Assembly (NCBI GenBank): GCA_026936335.1
Contig: JAPMXV010000052.1
Coordinates: 372,001-436,000 of the forward strand
Length of the DNA stretch: 64,000 nt
Direction: 5' to 3'
DNA from: Mantamonas sphyraenae STR306
Lineage: Eukaryota > Protista > CRuMs
The notes under the pieces were generated by a model that saw nothing but the letters and a program-made list of their open reading frames with translations, made no database searches and was not told where the DNA came from. This document shows, piece by piece, positions 46,609 through 59,600 of the stretch. A program made the translations under genes and the position numbers. Every line of letters begins with the position of its first letter. Within the stretch, counting starts at the first letter, position 1.

Positions 46609-46721
46609 TTCGGGGCGGCGCAATCTCTGGCAACAAATTCCAAGCCTTTCCGGGCCCTTTTCCTGCATCCACACCGTCTCTCTTTTGAAACTTTCTGCCA
46701 GGTTTCTGTTTGTGAGGAAGG

Positions 46722-48797
46722 ATGCCCGTGGCGTTGTGTGTGTTGTATGACGACGTGCATCAGATCGCGTATCGGAACGGGGTAGTGGCCGAGGTGGTGC
46801 GGGGCTTGACTGCTCGCCATCCGAGCGAGTTTGTGACTGTAGTCACATGTGGTCCCGACGGCTCGTTGCCCAAGTTGTCTTGGGAGCGAGGTGTGGACAA
46901 GCTATTGGCGCAGCTGTGAGTTTTGGGTCGGGTGCGCAGGGGTTTTGCCGCGTCGTTCCGGCATGCCTGCGCTTCGTGTTGACACACCATGCCTGCTCAC
47001 ACACATTTCACGCATGCCCACCCAGTGAGAGCAACACACCCAGCGACGGAGAAGCGCTGGAGACTGTGCAAAGGCCGCTGAAGCTTGTGACAAAGGCTGC
47101 GGTTGGGTTGTTTTCGTTGTACATGGACAATTTGGACGCGTTTGACGAGTTGGAGACGTTGCCACAGATGGTGGTGTTTGGTCCACGAAGTGCAGAAGGT
47201 GAGCACATTCTGTGTAGTGCCGAAAAGAGCCAGGCTCGGGGGAACTGACACGGCAAATGCACACTCCGCAGAGCTGCCGTCGTCGCTGGAAATCCCAGAC
47301 GACGTGGTGGTGCACACAGTGGAATTTGGACCGCAGCAAAACATTCTGCAGACAACCAAGTCGCTGTACTCGCAAATCATGGAAGGCGGGGGCATCACAT
47401 CGGTGAACGGAGAAGCTTCGGCCGAAACGGGCACAGGACAGAGCGAAGGGCAAGAAGAGACGTCTGTGCTGGCACAACTTGCGCAGCAGTGGGCAGGCAC
47501 GCATGTTTACATCGAAGAGGAGCAGCGAGAGGTGGAGGAGGCGGCGGAAGAAGTGTTGACCATTTCGTCGTGTGAGTTGCGACTGTGTGTGTGAGTGTGT
47601 GCATGCGTGGTTGGGTAGGTGTACACTGACACACAAAAGAGACATGGACACGTACTGGCAGTGAAACGGTTTGCGGCAGATGTGACGTTTGGCCATTTGT
47701 CGTTTCCGTGCACGCTACACCCGGATCCGTTCCTGAGTACCCTGCACACAGAGCACCCGTCGGTGTTTGGCGCCCAAATGTCGCTAATGGGGTTCTTGCC
47801 TGCGTCACAGGTGACGTATGCCCCAGTGCTGTCGGAACATTGGGTGGTTCCGCAGCTGCGTGTGACTGAGCGGGACATGGAGCACTACACAGCCATGATT
47901 GAGCAGGGGGGAGGCAACCAGGGTGGCAACGGTGAAGAGGATGGAGCGTGGAAAGAAAGCGAGGCGACTCTGTTCACAGAGCTGCTGTCCAACAGCCTGC
48001 AACGGTGTGATCCGCCGCACGTGGCGCTGTTGGAGCTGTCGTTGGGGCATTTTGCCCTGCTGGATGTGGCAGCCACGGGAGAAACGGACTCGCGAGGGCA
48101 CAGTGTGATGGCAATGGTGCTGACAGTATTGCAGCCTGGGAAGCACCAGATCCCGTGGCTGCCCGAGCTGCATACGTTGGTGCTGAGCGCATACAAGACG
48201 CTGGACGAAAGGACACGGCGTGAGATGTACGTGGGAGGGAACAGTAACACCAAGAATGACGACGGAGATGACGACGAGGGCAGTTCCAGGCGCAAGCGCG
48301 GGAGCGGAAGCCGAGGAAGTGACGCGATGGAAACCGAGGCGGCGACAAATTCGTCGTCATCGTCATCATCGTCGTCATCGTCCGTGGTGGCGGGGCAAAG
48401 TCTTTTGGGCATTGCAGGCGGAGACGTGGCCGGTGAGGATGGTCTGCAAGTGCCACCGGAGCCCGAGTGGCTGCCGCTGGAAGCGGTTCAAGGTCGGCTG
48501 GATGCATGGCTCGATACACTGAGTGGGGACGAAAAGATGTTTCGCAGAGTGTTGGACAGGGTACAGGCGTTGGCAGACTCGTTGCCACGGAGTGAGAGCC
48601 AGCTGCGGTACGTTTGTGGAGTGGTGGTGGACATCACGCGTGTCTTTCAGGTGGCCGGGTTGATCGAGGCCACACAGGGGATCCTGTTGAGCACGTGGAC
48701 GACTCTGACAAGTTCCAGCGAGGGAGCGGCCATCCTTCAATCTCTGCTGTCCAGTTTGCGACAACAGCAACAGATCTTGACTGGAAGTGAACACTGA
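46722..48797 (+). CDS. INTS14: Integrator complex subunit 14-like (VWA9)
   Basis: FAADVTFGHL..CTLHPDP, MGFLPASQVTYAPVLSEHWVVP, FTELLSNSL and LQPGKHQIPWL match INTS14 blocks as I recall them, in order; three phase-compatible introns. Confidence 0.7.
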
Positions 48798-48860
48798 ATA
48801 CAGTAAAAGCTGAGTTGCGCTGAAGCGTCAACGAAAATCCGAGGCTCTTTGACGACCACA

Positions 48861-51800
48861 ATGGCTCACAGGATGCACGAAATGCGCAGCATGGGCGACC
48901 CGCTGCTGCACCATTCGTATGATTCTGTGGATGCGGACAAAGAGCACCGGGAGAGGCGAGAGCAACAAAGGCTCACAGCTGGACATTCGTCTCGTCGCGG
49001 CCAAAGCAGGCGGGAACGAAGCGTGCGCATGAGCAAACGGCTCACAAGCAGAGGAATGGCCATGCCACGCACCTTACAGACCATGGAGACCACAAGGGAC
49101 TTATTTGCAGATCTGCAGGCCGAGGAGGGGCTGAAAAAAGAAGTGGCGCCAGGCCTTGCTGCTGCAGACGAGGCTGAACCGCTGACTACTGAGGGCGAGA
49201 ACGACGACACTGCCCAGTTTTCGCTAATGGACTCGCTGAGCCAGCTGCGCATGGTGTGGCGTGACCTGTACCGTGGATTGACGCTCAAACTGGCTAGCGT
49301 GCTGCTCTCCGATGTGCTGAAAGACGATGTGGCGCTTTCCACACTCAAGTTCCACGACCAGGAGACGGAGGAGGCATACAGAGACTACGTGTACGAACGC
49401 ACCAGATTCTACTATCGTTACCTCATCGTGTTTGGCGTCATGGCCTTCATTTTCTACAGTTTCGGCGACCTGGAGTTTCCCGAACCCACACGCACCTACC
49501 TCATTGTCATCCGGTTTGGACTGGTCATCCCTGCTGTATCCATTGTGCTGTTGCTCACGTTCTTCAAACGCATCTTCTTCAAGTACTATCTTTTGATCGT
49601 GAATCTGCTCATCTTCTGGATCGCCTTTCACACAAACACAATGGCGGCGTTGCGTGGCGAGTTCCAGTCGCCGACGATCCCATACTGGCTGGCCACCTGG
49701 GCGACTGTACTGGGAAGCCAGGCTACGATGCGGTGGCTGCGATGGACAATCCCATTGACGTTTCTGGCAAACCGGCTTGTGATGCTTGTTGTCTGGCAGC
49801 TGTACGGAGGCTTTGATTGGCGACAATGGCTGCTGGTGGGCGCGTTGCAACTCATGAACCACGGTTCTGGAGTCGGCGTGGCCTTTGTCATGGAACTGCA
49901 GTTCCGCAAGGAATTTGTAGCAGTCGTCCAGTCGCAAAGCGTGGCGGAGACTGTGTACGCCACACAGGTTACGTATGCTCGGTCGTGCTTCGGCAATGAT
50001 GTGGTGGACTATGCTGCCAAGCTTCAAGGCAAGGCGGTGCGTGTCAACACGGCAGTGATGGTGTTTCGCATCCACAGCAGCACCCCGGGAAACATGGACG
50101 ACGTGCGTGCATCCCTGTACCGATGCTGCGACGCAATGCAGTTGCAGTGTTGGGCATTGTATGGCCAGGATGTGTTTGCTGTCGCCAACCTGCACGACAT
50201 TGTCATCCATTTCGCTCAGCGCACAGACAGCATCTTTCTCACCCGTCTGTGTGCCCTTGCACACGACTTGCAGCACGTGCAAGGCGCACACATCAGCTGT
50301 GCCATTGCTGTCGATGGCCTCCTTCACGTCAGCACCGCGAGCGACGAGTATGCCGGACTGTGCATCAGCGGTCCTGTCCTCGACGCGGCCACACAGACCG
50401 TCCTCGGCATGTCCCATGGCCACACCAAGCTTGTGGCGTGTAGCAGCCATGCTAAACACACCGTGAACGCCGTGCAGACGCAGGAAGAGACTGGAGACGC
50501 GCCGGGTGTCGTCCAAGAAGTACGTCCCGACACAGGGCGTCCTCGAGCGGACAGTGTTGCCGCACGCCACACCTTGGCCACGTGGAGGTTGACTCTGACC
50601 GAGGACATGTCTTTGGAAAAGCGAGATTCGCTGGAATCGGCGGAGCGAAGAGTGCAAGAGCGTGTAGAGGCAGCGGCACGCAAGGGCAAGTACGGCGCCT
50701 TCGAACCAAAGCCCCAGGAGGAGACGGTTGTGGACGGGGAAGCAGAAGACGTCGATGGAGATCGAGTGTACTCTTACGACGTCCAGTCGCACGTGCATGA
50801 GCGTGCCAGCCAACCACAGCATCCTCTGTGGTTGACGTTTCTGCACCCACGGCTTGACAAGCAGTTCCGCTTGTGGGAAGCCAAGTCGAACCATGGGTTT
50901 GTGCAACTGATGTTGCTTTCATTCATGTTTCTCCACTGTGCCCTGGCCATTCAGGATCTGCTTCTGGCACGCTTTGCGGTGCGGGAGCTGTTTACGGTTC
51001 GCCTTGGCATTGGCCTGCCCGTGTTCACCATTGCCTTTGCGTTTACGGCGTCAGGAAAGATCTTTGAGCGTCGCATGCAAACGGTGATGACTCTGGTGGG
51101 GATGCTGATGCTGCCCACGGTGGCAGTGTTGGAGCAGATTGTGCAGGGGACGCCAAACCAGACCTCGTACCGGCTTGTGGCTTTGCGTTCCATCCTCCAC
51201 CTGCACGTGTCTTTCTTCCTCCACCACCGCAACGCTGTGTTTGTCAATCTGTTCATGATTGCCGTGTACGCGGTTGTGCAGGGGGTCGTCGTGCAAGCAG
51301 CCTTTTCGCGTTTCATTGCCGCCCTCCTGGTGTTGTGGGCGCTGGGTTCGGTGGCCTCACGCATTGTGGAGCAGTCGCGACGCAACATCTTTCTTCTGCG
51401 GCGGATGTTTGAGCGTTTGCTGCAGGAACAGTACACGCTGGAGGCGTCGATGCAAGCGGTGGCAGAGGAGGCGCAAGGCCTGGGATTTGTTGGGGAGAAC
51501 GCAACGGCGTGCTTCTGCATGCTGGTCAAGGTGGAAGTGGACAGCGAGGATGCGTATGAACGCTACAACGCCAGCTGTCGCATGATGGAGGTCGCGCGGC
51601 GATGTGCATCGACGCAGCTGTTGTTTGTGCTCAACAGCAACCGAAGCTTCTTTGTGGTGAGCCCACCACAGGATCTGGACACAGAAGCCAACACGAACAT
51701 TGCCCGGAGCATGGTGCGCATGGTGAGCAACGTGATGGCCAAGGATGTGGCGGCGCTGCCGCAGCTCGCATACCGTGCTGGGATGAGCGTGGGACAGGTG

Positions 51801-53790
51801 CAATTCCACGTGGAGAACTCGCAGGGCACTGTGACAATGCAAACACTCAGTGGCATGGCTGTGGTAGAGGCTGCACGCGTCGCCCTGGAGGCTGCGCCAA
51901 TGGGCATTGCCATGACGGACGAGGTTCGCGCGTCGATGGTGACACCGGCAAGCAGCATGGGCAAGGACGCACGCATGAGCATGCAGCTGGAGCTGGTACG
52001 CAATCAGCGGTCCTTGACCCTGCGCGAGCGACTCGAGTCTGTGTCGCGTGCCAACAGCGGGCCAGCCAAACGCAGCGGCAAAATGCTCTCTGAAGACGGG
52101 CTTGAGGATGAAGAGCAGGAGGAGCAATCGAACAAGATGCAGAGCCTGTCGAGCAAGCGGCGTAGCATGGCGGTAGATTTCTTCTCGGTCAACGCCCTCA
52201 ACGACGACAGCAAGACCAAACGCCTGGAGCAGGTGCTGCGCGCATCGGACAACCTGTCGCACAATACCAACAAGTGGTTGGTGTTCAAAGACCCCAGCCA
52301 GGAGCGTGCGTTTGAGTCGTACCACGCTCACAAACATCTCCGCACTCAACGACGTGGCATTGTCCTGTGGATGGTGTCCATTCTGGTGTACTGCATCCTC
52401 CCGACAGCCATGTACCCCACCATGGTCAACTATGTACGCGATGTATGGCTTCTCCGTGGCGGCTTGGGTATGTTCACAGGCTGTTTGCTGCTGGGATTGC
52501 TGTTCACCGTCTGGGGCCAACAGAACTCGCAGTACATCATCGCGACAGCATTTGCGGCTGCAATGATGCACGCCATCCTCAACGACATTCTGGATCTGGT
52601 GTACTTTCGCGAATGGAGTGGTCTCCTGCCTGTGCAGCTCCAGCTTTTCTTTGGGGCCCACTTTCTGCTTGGCATCCGCATCCAGGTCCTGCTGCTTTGC
52701 GATGCGTTTGTTCTCGGCCTCGTGGTCACAAACGTGTCGTATGCAGCTAACGACCTAGGACTGCCCGCCGTGTATCCCACCGTGTCCTCTGTCATGATGG
52801 CCGTGTCAGTATTGCTTGCGATTGGGCTGGCGTACTTGTCCGAGGCACAATACCGTCGCGGCGTTCCTCACCCATCGCATCTTTGTGCAGCTGCTTGGGT
52901 ACAGTACAGACGAAGACAAGTGGTGGAAGGTGCCCTCCGAGGTGCATGCCACGTATCCACGCACAAAATGGCTCAGCGAGTTTCGCGAGCGCAGCGCTGA
53001 GCGTGACTACCTGCGTAGTTTGGGCTCTCAAACCACGTCGCTGCGCACCTTGCGCCTCGTCGTCTACGTTTGCTCTTCTGTGCTCCTCCTCTTTGCCATT
53101 GTCGACGTGCGGGTATTTGACACCAACAGCGAGCTGTTTCTGCAGGTTGTCCTGCTCCGCTTCCTGGTCACCATTCCCCTCTTCATGGTTGCCTTTGGCC
53201 TCACGTACACGCCGGTGGTGCGGAAACACATGCAACTCGTGGTCTTTGTGTTCAGCGTCGTGCTGATGGCCTTGGTTTTTGTCCTGTCTGCCATGGCGCC
53301 CACCTCTGCTGGTCGCCTCGTGCGCTACGACACAGCCTTTGCCATGGTCAGCTGTCTGGTTCTCTCGTCTGGACTGATCACCACACGCTCGTCCGTCATT
53401 CTCTCCCTGGTGCTGATCGCGGTGAGTCTCGTCTTTGACCTTGTCGTCGGCACCGTCAGCTCCTTCACCACCTCCTACGTGATCCTCATGAGCGTCACAG
53501 GCACAGTGGTCGTCATCAAGCACCAGATCTTATCGCGCAACACGTTTGCCATGCGCAAAATGTGCGAAATGTTTCTGGCCAACCAACACAGCAATCCAGG
53601 GTCACAGCGCTCCGAGCGCGACGCATCGCTGCTCCTCTCTGGCGGACTGCATGTTGACTCGTCCCTCAGCCTTGCCTCTTCTCTTGGGAGGCGGCCATCA
53701 CAGTACGTGCCCCCGTCATTCCGTTCGTCGCTCCACCATCAGCTGAGCGAGCAGGATCTTGCGTCTCGATCACGGGAAAACACGACGTGA
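48861..53790 (+). CDS. Adenylyl-cyclase-like polytopic membrane protein with four ~6TM modules and two degenerate class III cyclase domains (apparent +1 frameshift at ~52860)
   Basis: Repeated pre-TM motif (LKFHDQETEEAY, LTFLHPRLDKQF, LVFKDPSQERAF); post-TM ExxxRxxF motifs; two cytosolic segments with cyclase-like spacing but lacking the catalytic residues. Confidence 0.65.
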
Positions 53791-53832
53791 GGTTGAGCTG
53801 TATGTATGAACAGATGATTGCACAGCCTCTGC

Positions 53833-54918
53833 TTACGCCAATGGGATGGCAAACGTGGCATCCTTGCACTTCTTGTCGCCAATCTGTCCGCCGTGGACAA
53901 AGAGGCCCAGTCCGGGCACAAAGCACATGGCGTGGCCATGTCGACGAGGTAGCATGCTCTTGCCACGGGATTTGGCCTTGCTGATGGACACACGCTTGCG
54001 TGTGGTGGACGACCCGGCTTCAATACCCTTCTTTTGCCCCTGCTCCCGCACGCTGTACCAGCTGCCATCTGCGTACAGATTGAGGGCACCCACACTATTC
54101 AGTCCCTGTTCCAAACCACCGTAAATCACCACCACACTGCCGATGGAAGCACAGCGGGCTTGGGAACGGCCCGGTGGTGCTTTGTCCAGCTTTGTGCAGG
54201 TCCAACCTCGACTTTCGTTGCTTCCATTGGCAATGAGGTTGAGGAGGGCGGTTTCTTCTTCCGTTTCAGAGCCACTGTTGCTGCTGCTGCTGCTGCTGCT
54301 TCGTTTCCTGGCGTCCTGGCAAGACACAAGATCGACGTCTGCACTGTCGCGCCCTCCCCACACGCACAAGTAGCCCGGGGATGACGACAACCAGCAAACG
54401 TGGCCGCTGCGTGACTTTGACGACGACCCCTGGTGTGTCCAGCGCAGGCTCTTTGTGTCCAGAGAATGCGTATCTGACCACTTGCGCTGGCCAAACGTCC
54501 TGCCCGTGATCCACACACCGGAACCGATGCCCAGCGCACAGTGATTGCTGCGTGGTGTGGGCAAATCCCCTTTGGCGCTGATCTGTTGCCATTCCATGCT
54601 CTGTGTGTGGAGAACCCACACGTCACAGGTGCGCTCGCTGCCGTTCCACCCACCCACCACCCACACATCGCTACCAATGACTGTGGCTGTGTGTGAACAC
54701 ACGCCAGGCCCATCCAACAACTCCCATTGATCACTTTCCACCGTGTACACCCACATCTCTGCAAACACGCGCTTGCCATCGTCTGTTCCCCCAATCACAA
54801 ACACCTTCCCATCCACACAGCTTGCCGTGTGTTGACTGCGGGCACTGGGAGCCACATCGGCCCCTTCTGCGAGTTTGACTATGGCCGCTGTGGCCGCCTT
54901 TCCCATCGTTGTGCTCAT
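53833..54918 (-). CDS. Kelch-repeat beta-propeller protein (KLHDC9-like)
   Basis: Repeated RSxH...GG motifs: ARSQHTA..FVIGG, WVVGGWNGS, SRSGH..VWGG, RHGH..VHGG. Confidence 0.82.
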   Translation of the reverse strand: MSTTMGKAATAAIVKLAEGADVAPSARSQHTASCVDGKVFVIGGTDDGKRVFAEMWVYTVESDQWELLDGPGVCSHTATVIGSDVWVVGGWNGSERTCDVWVLHTQSMEWQQISAKGDLPTPRSNHCALGIGSGVWITGRTFGQRKWSDTHSLDTKSLRWTHQGSSSKSRSGHVCWLSSSPGYLCVWGGRDSADVDLVSCQDARKRSSSSSSSNSGSETEEETALLNLIANGSNESRGWTCTKLDKAPPGRSQARCASIGSVVVIYGGLEQGLNSVGALNLYADGSWYSVREQGQKKGIEAGSSTTRKRVSISKAKSRGKSMLPRRHGHAMCFVPGLGLFVHGGQIGDKKCKDATFAIPLA

Positions 54919-54970
54919 CAGCTTTGGCCGCGCTCACGCGAATCCCGCCAACAAACACGCACCCCCAACC

Positions 54971-56590
54971 ATGTACAACGGCGTCGGTGTGCGCTCGGCA
55001 CGAGGCACCGGCACAAATGGTTACGTGCAACGTAACAAGGCCTCACTGAGGCGGCGTCCGCAACATCAGCAGCGCAAGAAGGACTCTGGAAAAGTGACTC
55101 AGGCAAGTGGCTTCCTCTGAACCTCCTCCGGCGTCCACCCCCTCGCGCCAGCTCCTTGCTAACACGCACACTTGATACGGACGCCACACCCACCAAACAC
55201 ACAGTCTGCGGAACCGAAAAAGCCCAACAAGGAGCTTGTGGAGTACAATCGCAAGCGGGAGATTGAGGTCAAGCTGGCCGAGATGCGCGAAGCCCTTGAG
55301 GCCAAAGGGTGAGTGAACACGCAACAGAAACACGTGGGACCGCACATACGACACCACAACGACACCGGAATGCACACATCCGCCTTGCAAAAAGGGAATA
55401 CGGAGCACAGGGCCACTCTGCGCACATTCCGTTGCTGACGCGCGCACGCGCCACTGCACAAACACACGCACCGATTCACGCACAGCATGAGCGAGGACGA
55501 CGTGGACGACGAGATCGACAAGCGCCGAGAGCACATGCAGGAACAGCTGAAGAAGGAGATGCAGCGCGAGGAGGAGCTTGCGGCCGTGCGTGCCGCGCAG
55601 CTGGTGAGCATGCAGACGGCGCAACAGAAAATCCAAGAGCGGGCACAACAGTCCAGTGACAAGCATCGCAACGCGTACATCAACCAACAGTACAACATGA
55701 ACGCTGCACAGGCACTCGGCATTCGTGACGACTACCGCTCAGGCGCCGCCTTTGATCGCGACGAGCAGGAGCGCCGCCGCCTCGAGCGCCAGCAGGAATA
55801 TGAACGCAGAGATCGCGAACGCAGGGAACGTTACGAACATGAGGAGCGCCTGCGCAGGGAGAGGGGAAACGAATATGGGTACAAGGGGCGCCGTGGAGGC
55901 CGATCGCCATCTCCACCCGCCCCAGGGTCGGCACGGCCTCAAGCGGCCTCCAACCAACCCCGTTCGGGCTCTCCACCCAGGCGTGGCCGATCACGCCACC
56001 GTTCTCGCTCTCGCTCTGGGTCCCGCTCGCCATCGTCATCGCGTTCGTCCTCGCGGTCTTCGTATTCCTCCCGCTCTTCCTACTCCTCCTATTCGACCGG
56101 CTCCAGCCGCAGCCGCAGTCGCAGCCGCAGCTCCGACTCGCGCTCTTCGTACTCGTCGTACTCGTCGTACTCATCCTACACCTCTGGCTCGTCACGCTCG
56201 CGCTCTCCTTCCCCAACGCGTACCCGCAAGTCCAAAAAGACAACCAAGGAGAACGACACGGCACCCACCAGCACCACCACCAGCACCAGCAACACATCAA
56301 CCACAGCAGCATCATCCTCTGAGCCCACATCGGCCTCGGAAGCACCCACACAAGAACAGCCCAAGGCTCCCGAGGCAGGCGAGCCGCAGCCACCTCCCAC
56401 CACAAGTCAGAAGCGCGTGCGCGAAGACTTTGAGGCTGCCAGCAGCTCGGATGTGCCTGTGACGACCTCTACAGCCACGACAAAGCAGGACACTGCTCCT
56501 GCTGCCGCTGAAGCTGCGGCTCCGCCTCTGGAAGCAGAGTCGGCAAAGAGGCAACGCACCGAAAGCGACCAACGGGAAGCAGCACAGTGA
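54971..56590 (+). CDS. CWC21: Pre-mRNA splicing factor CWC21/SRRM2-like (cwf21 domain plus RS region)
   Basis: MYNGVGVRSARGTGTNGYVQRN; YNRKREIEVKL; RS-rich tract; introns ~55103-55204 and 55309-55485. Confidence 0.9.
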
Positions 56591-56623
56591 ACACATGATG
56601 TCCTTTGTTCATCTCCACCCTCA

Positions 56624-59600
56624 TCACAGCAACACCTTGACACTCTCGAAATCCATGTCCAGCCGCATGGTGCATCCCTCGCAGTACACCTTTTCTCCGT
56701 GTGCAAACACCTGCTTGCCTAGCCTGCGCTGGCACAGTTTGCACTTCCAGCAGTCGACGTGGTAGGGCGAATTGCGAAAATACAGCTTGGGGTGTGTCCT
56801 GCGTGCTCTTGCCACACCGTGTGCAGATGTGCTGCAGATACTCTGCGTTGCACGCGTTGCAAAACACCTGCGCTGCCTGCTTGTTCACCTCGTCCACTTG
56901 GTTGCCACATCCGTCGCAGCGGATGCAATGAAAGTGGTGGTAGCCCTTGAACAGCGTGTGCACCTCTGTCGTGATAAACTGTGCACACACCACACAGCGC
57001 GGAGCTGTCGCCACCTGCTTGTAGCACCGTGCGCAAAACGCATCACCCTCGTGCTCGTGAATCGCGTTGGATCGTCCGCAGTTGCTGCACATCAGGTGCT
57101 CCCTGTGCCACGTCGTCCCAAACAGCTGCACACACTCTGACAGGTCCATGATCGCCTCGTTGCATCCCGTGCACACCTGCGTCGCTTCCATCGCCTCCAG
57201 ATAGTTCTTATGCAGAGTCTCCACCTCTGACGCCCCCTTGGCCTTCTTTGTCGACTTGAGCACACTCTTCAGCAGCGCATCCAGCTCCGTCACCTCGTCA
57301 AAGTCCTTGCCCTGCTGGAGCTCCTGCTTGGACAGCACCGCAATTGCTTCGCCAAGCTCCTGGTTCTTCTGGCTGTTGCCAAGGATCACAGTGCCTCGTC
57401 GTACACGCGACATCCCCGACTCGCCGCTGTCGCTTCCGCTGCCTCCGCTGCTGCTGCTCTCGTCCGTGCTGCTTCCGCTGCTGCTGCTGCTGCTGCCCAC
57501 CACCGTCTCTGCACGGTATCGCTTCACCAATTCATCCACACTCTTCACTTTGTTCTTTTGCCACTTCAGGTTGCCATACCCAGGCCAGCTCTGGATTGCA
57601 CGCATGCGGTTCAGGCGTCCGCTCTCCATCAGCATCGCCCACTCCAACAGTTCCCGTCCACTCTCTGTCACAAAGAAAAACACCTGATGCAGCCACTTGA
57701 CACCAATCACGTTGACTCCCTCGTCCAGGCCCAGCTCTTGCTTGTCCACCATGAACAACTGCGCTTCGTCCAGCAGGACAAACCCGATTGGCGCCTCGTC
57801 CACGCTGTCCTTGAAAATGAAGATATCCGACTTTTTCAGCACACACCAGCGCTTCTTCAGGTTGCGTGCGTTGTTCGTGCCCACCAGCATCCACCCGGCC
57901 TTTTCCGGTTGCCGAATCGTCACAGCCGGGATTTCGCTGTTCGAGCTGAACCAACTGCTCGACGCTCCGGTCCCTCCGCTCTCCACACCTGCTCCTGCCT
58001 CGGCATCCATGTAACCCACGCCGCCCCAATCCTCTTGCGACCGTTCGCCCAGCTTGCGCGCCGTTTCCAGCGCCGTCAGCCACTCCGACATGTCCCCTGC
58101 GTTGGACGCAAACAAGTACAGCGACTTGCCACCTGCTGCATTGGCCACGTGGAAGCTGTACGACTGCGTTGTCGGGTACACAGAGATTGTGCAGTAGTCC
58201 ACCAGCATAAAGTGTTCCGGACGTGTCTCCTCGTCATCCGTAAACACAAACAGATCCGACTTTTTCAGCACCAGGTACATGCGCACAATCTGCTTCGGCG
58301 TCCCACCTCGCTCGATGCGCTTGTCTGTCGCAACCTCCAGATAGCCCGTCCAGTCGGGCTCTGTGATGAACACCGGCGGATTCACGTGCGTATCCTCCAC
58401 CTGCTTGTGCTCGTAGCCACCCCAGTCCTCCTTGTAGCGCTTACCCAGCTCCTTTGCCTCGTTCATGGCCAGCATCCATTCCGTCAGCTGCTCTGCGCTC
58501 TCTGCGAACAAGTTGAACTTTTTGTGGTCGCGCCACTGCAGCTGGAATCCAAACGGCCGCTGCATCTTCTCTTTGGGCACCAGGATGCGACACTGGTCCA
58601 TTTCGATGAAGCCTGTCGGGTTCACGTCGTTCCTGTCCTTAAAGTAAAACAGATCCGAGTCCTTGAGCACAAAGTACCGTCGCGCGAGGTTCTTCCACGT
58701 GCCACCCTCCTTGTACATCCAGCCCACCTTGTCAGGTGAGTCCACAATAATGGCTGGCAGCTTGCCGCCCAGTGCTTGCTTGCTCTCGCTCCCCTCGTCC
58801 GTCAGGTACCCCGGCGCACTCCACGAATCCGACACACGCGCGCACTTGGCCCGGCCCTCCTCCAACGCCAGCAGCCACTCCGCCATGTCCTCTGCACTGC
58901 CCAACGAAAAGTGGAAGATGTGTTGATCCGACTGCCTGATTTCAAAGCCGTGCTGCTCCGCCATGTTGGGCGGCACCGCAATTTTGCAGTCCTCCAGCTT
59001 GAAAAACAGCAACGGGTTGCGGTCGTACCGCATCTCAAACACAAACAGGTCCGACTCCTTCAACTCGACCCAACGGGCGCGCTTCTTAAACCCTGAGCCC
59101 AGGTGTTGTGTCATGGGCCCGCTCTTGTCAACGTTGAACAGCTTGATTTCCGGCAGCAAGCCGTCCATTTCGCCATCCTCGTACCCGTTGACCTCCCAGC
59201 CGATCAGGGCGCGTGTCTTCATGTCTCGTGCATCCTCGAGGGCAAGCAGCCACTCGGTCAGCTCCTGCGAGTCGGCAGCTTTGAGCATCCACACCACGTT
59301 TTCACGTGCCCACGACAAACGCAGCGCATACTCGTCAAAAGCACGGTCTGAGGGCAAGCTGATGTCGCAGTAGTCCAACTTGATGTATGCCAGCGGGTTC
59401 ACGTCTTCTGTGTTCTCGTAGTACAGCAGATCCGAGTTTTTCAGCACAAACCAATACTTGCGATCCTTCTTCAGGCCACCGGCCTCCTTGTGCAACCAAC
59501 CGCTCTTGTCTGGATGCTGGATGGTGCACGATGGCAACTTGCCGCTGGCCAGCATCGACTGCGCCTTTTCTTGGTCGCCCGAGATCAGCGCCCCTTCGTC

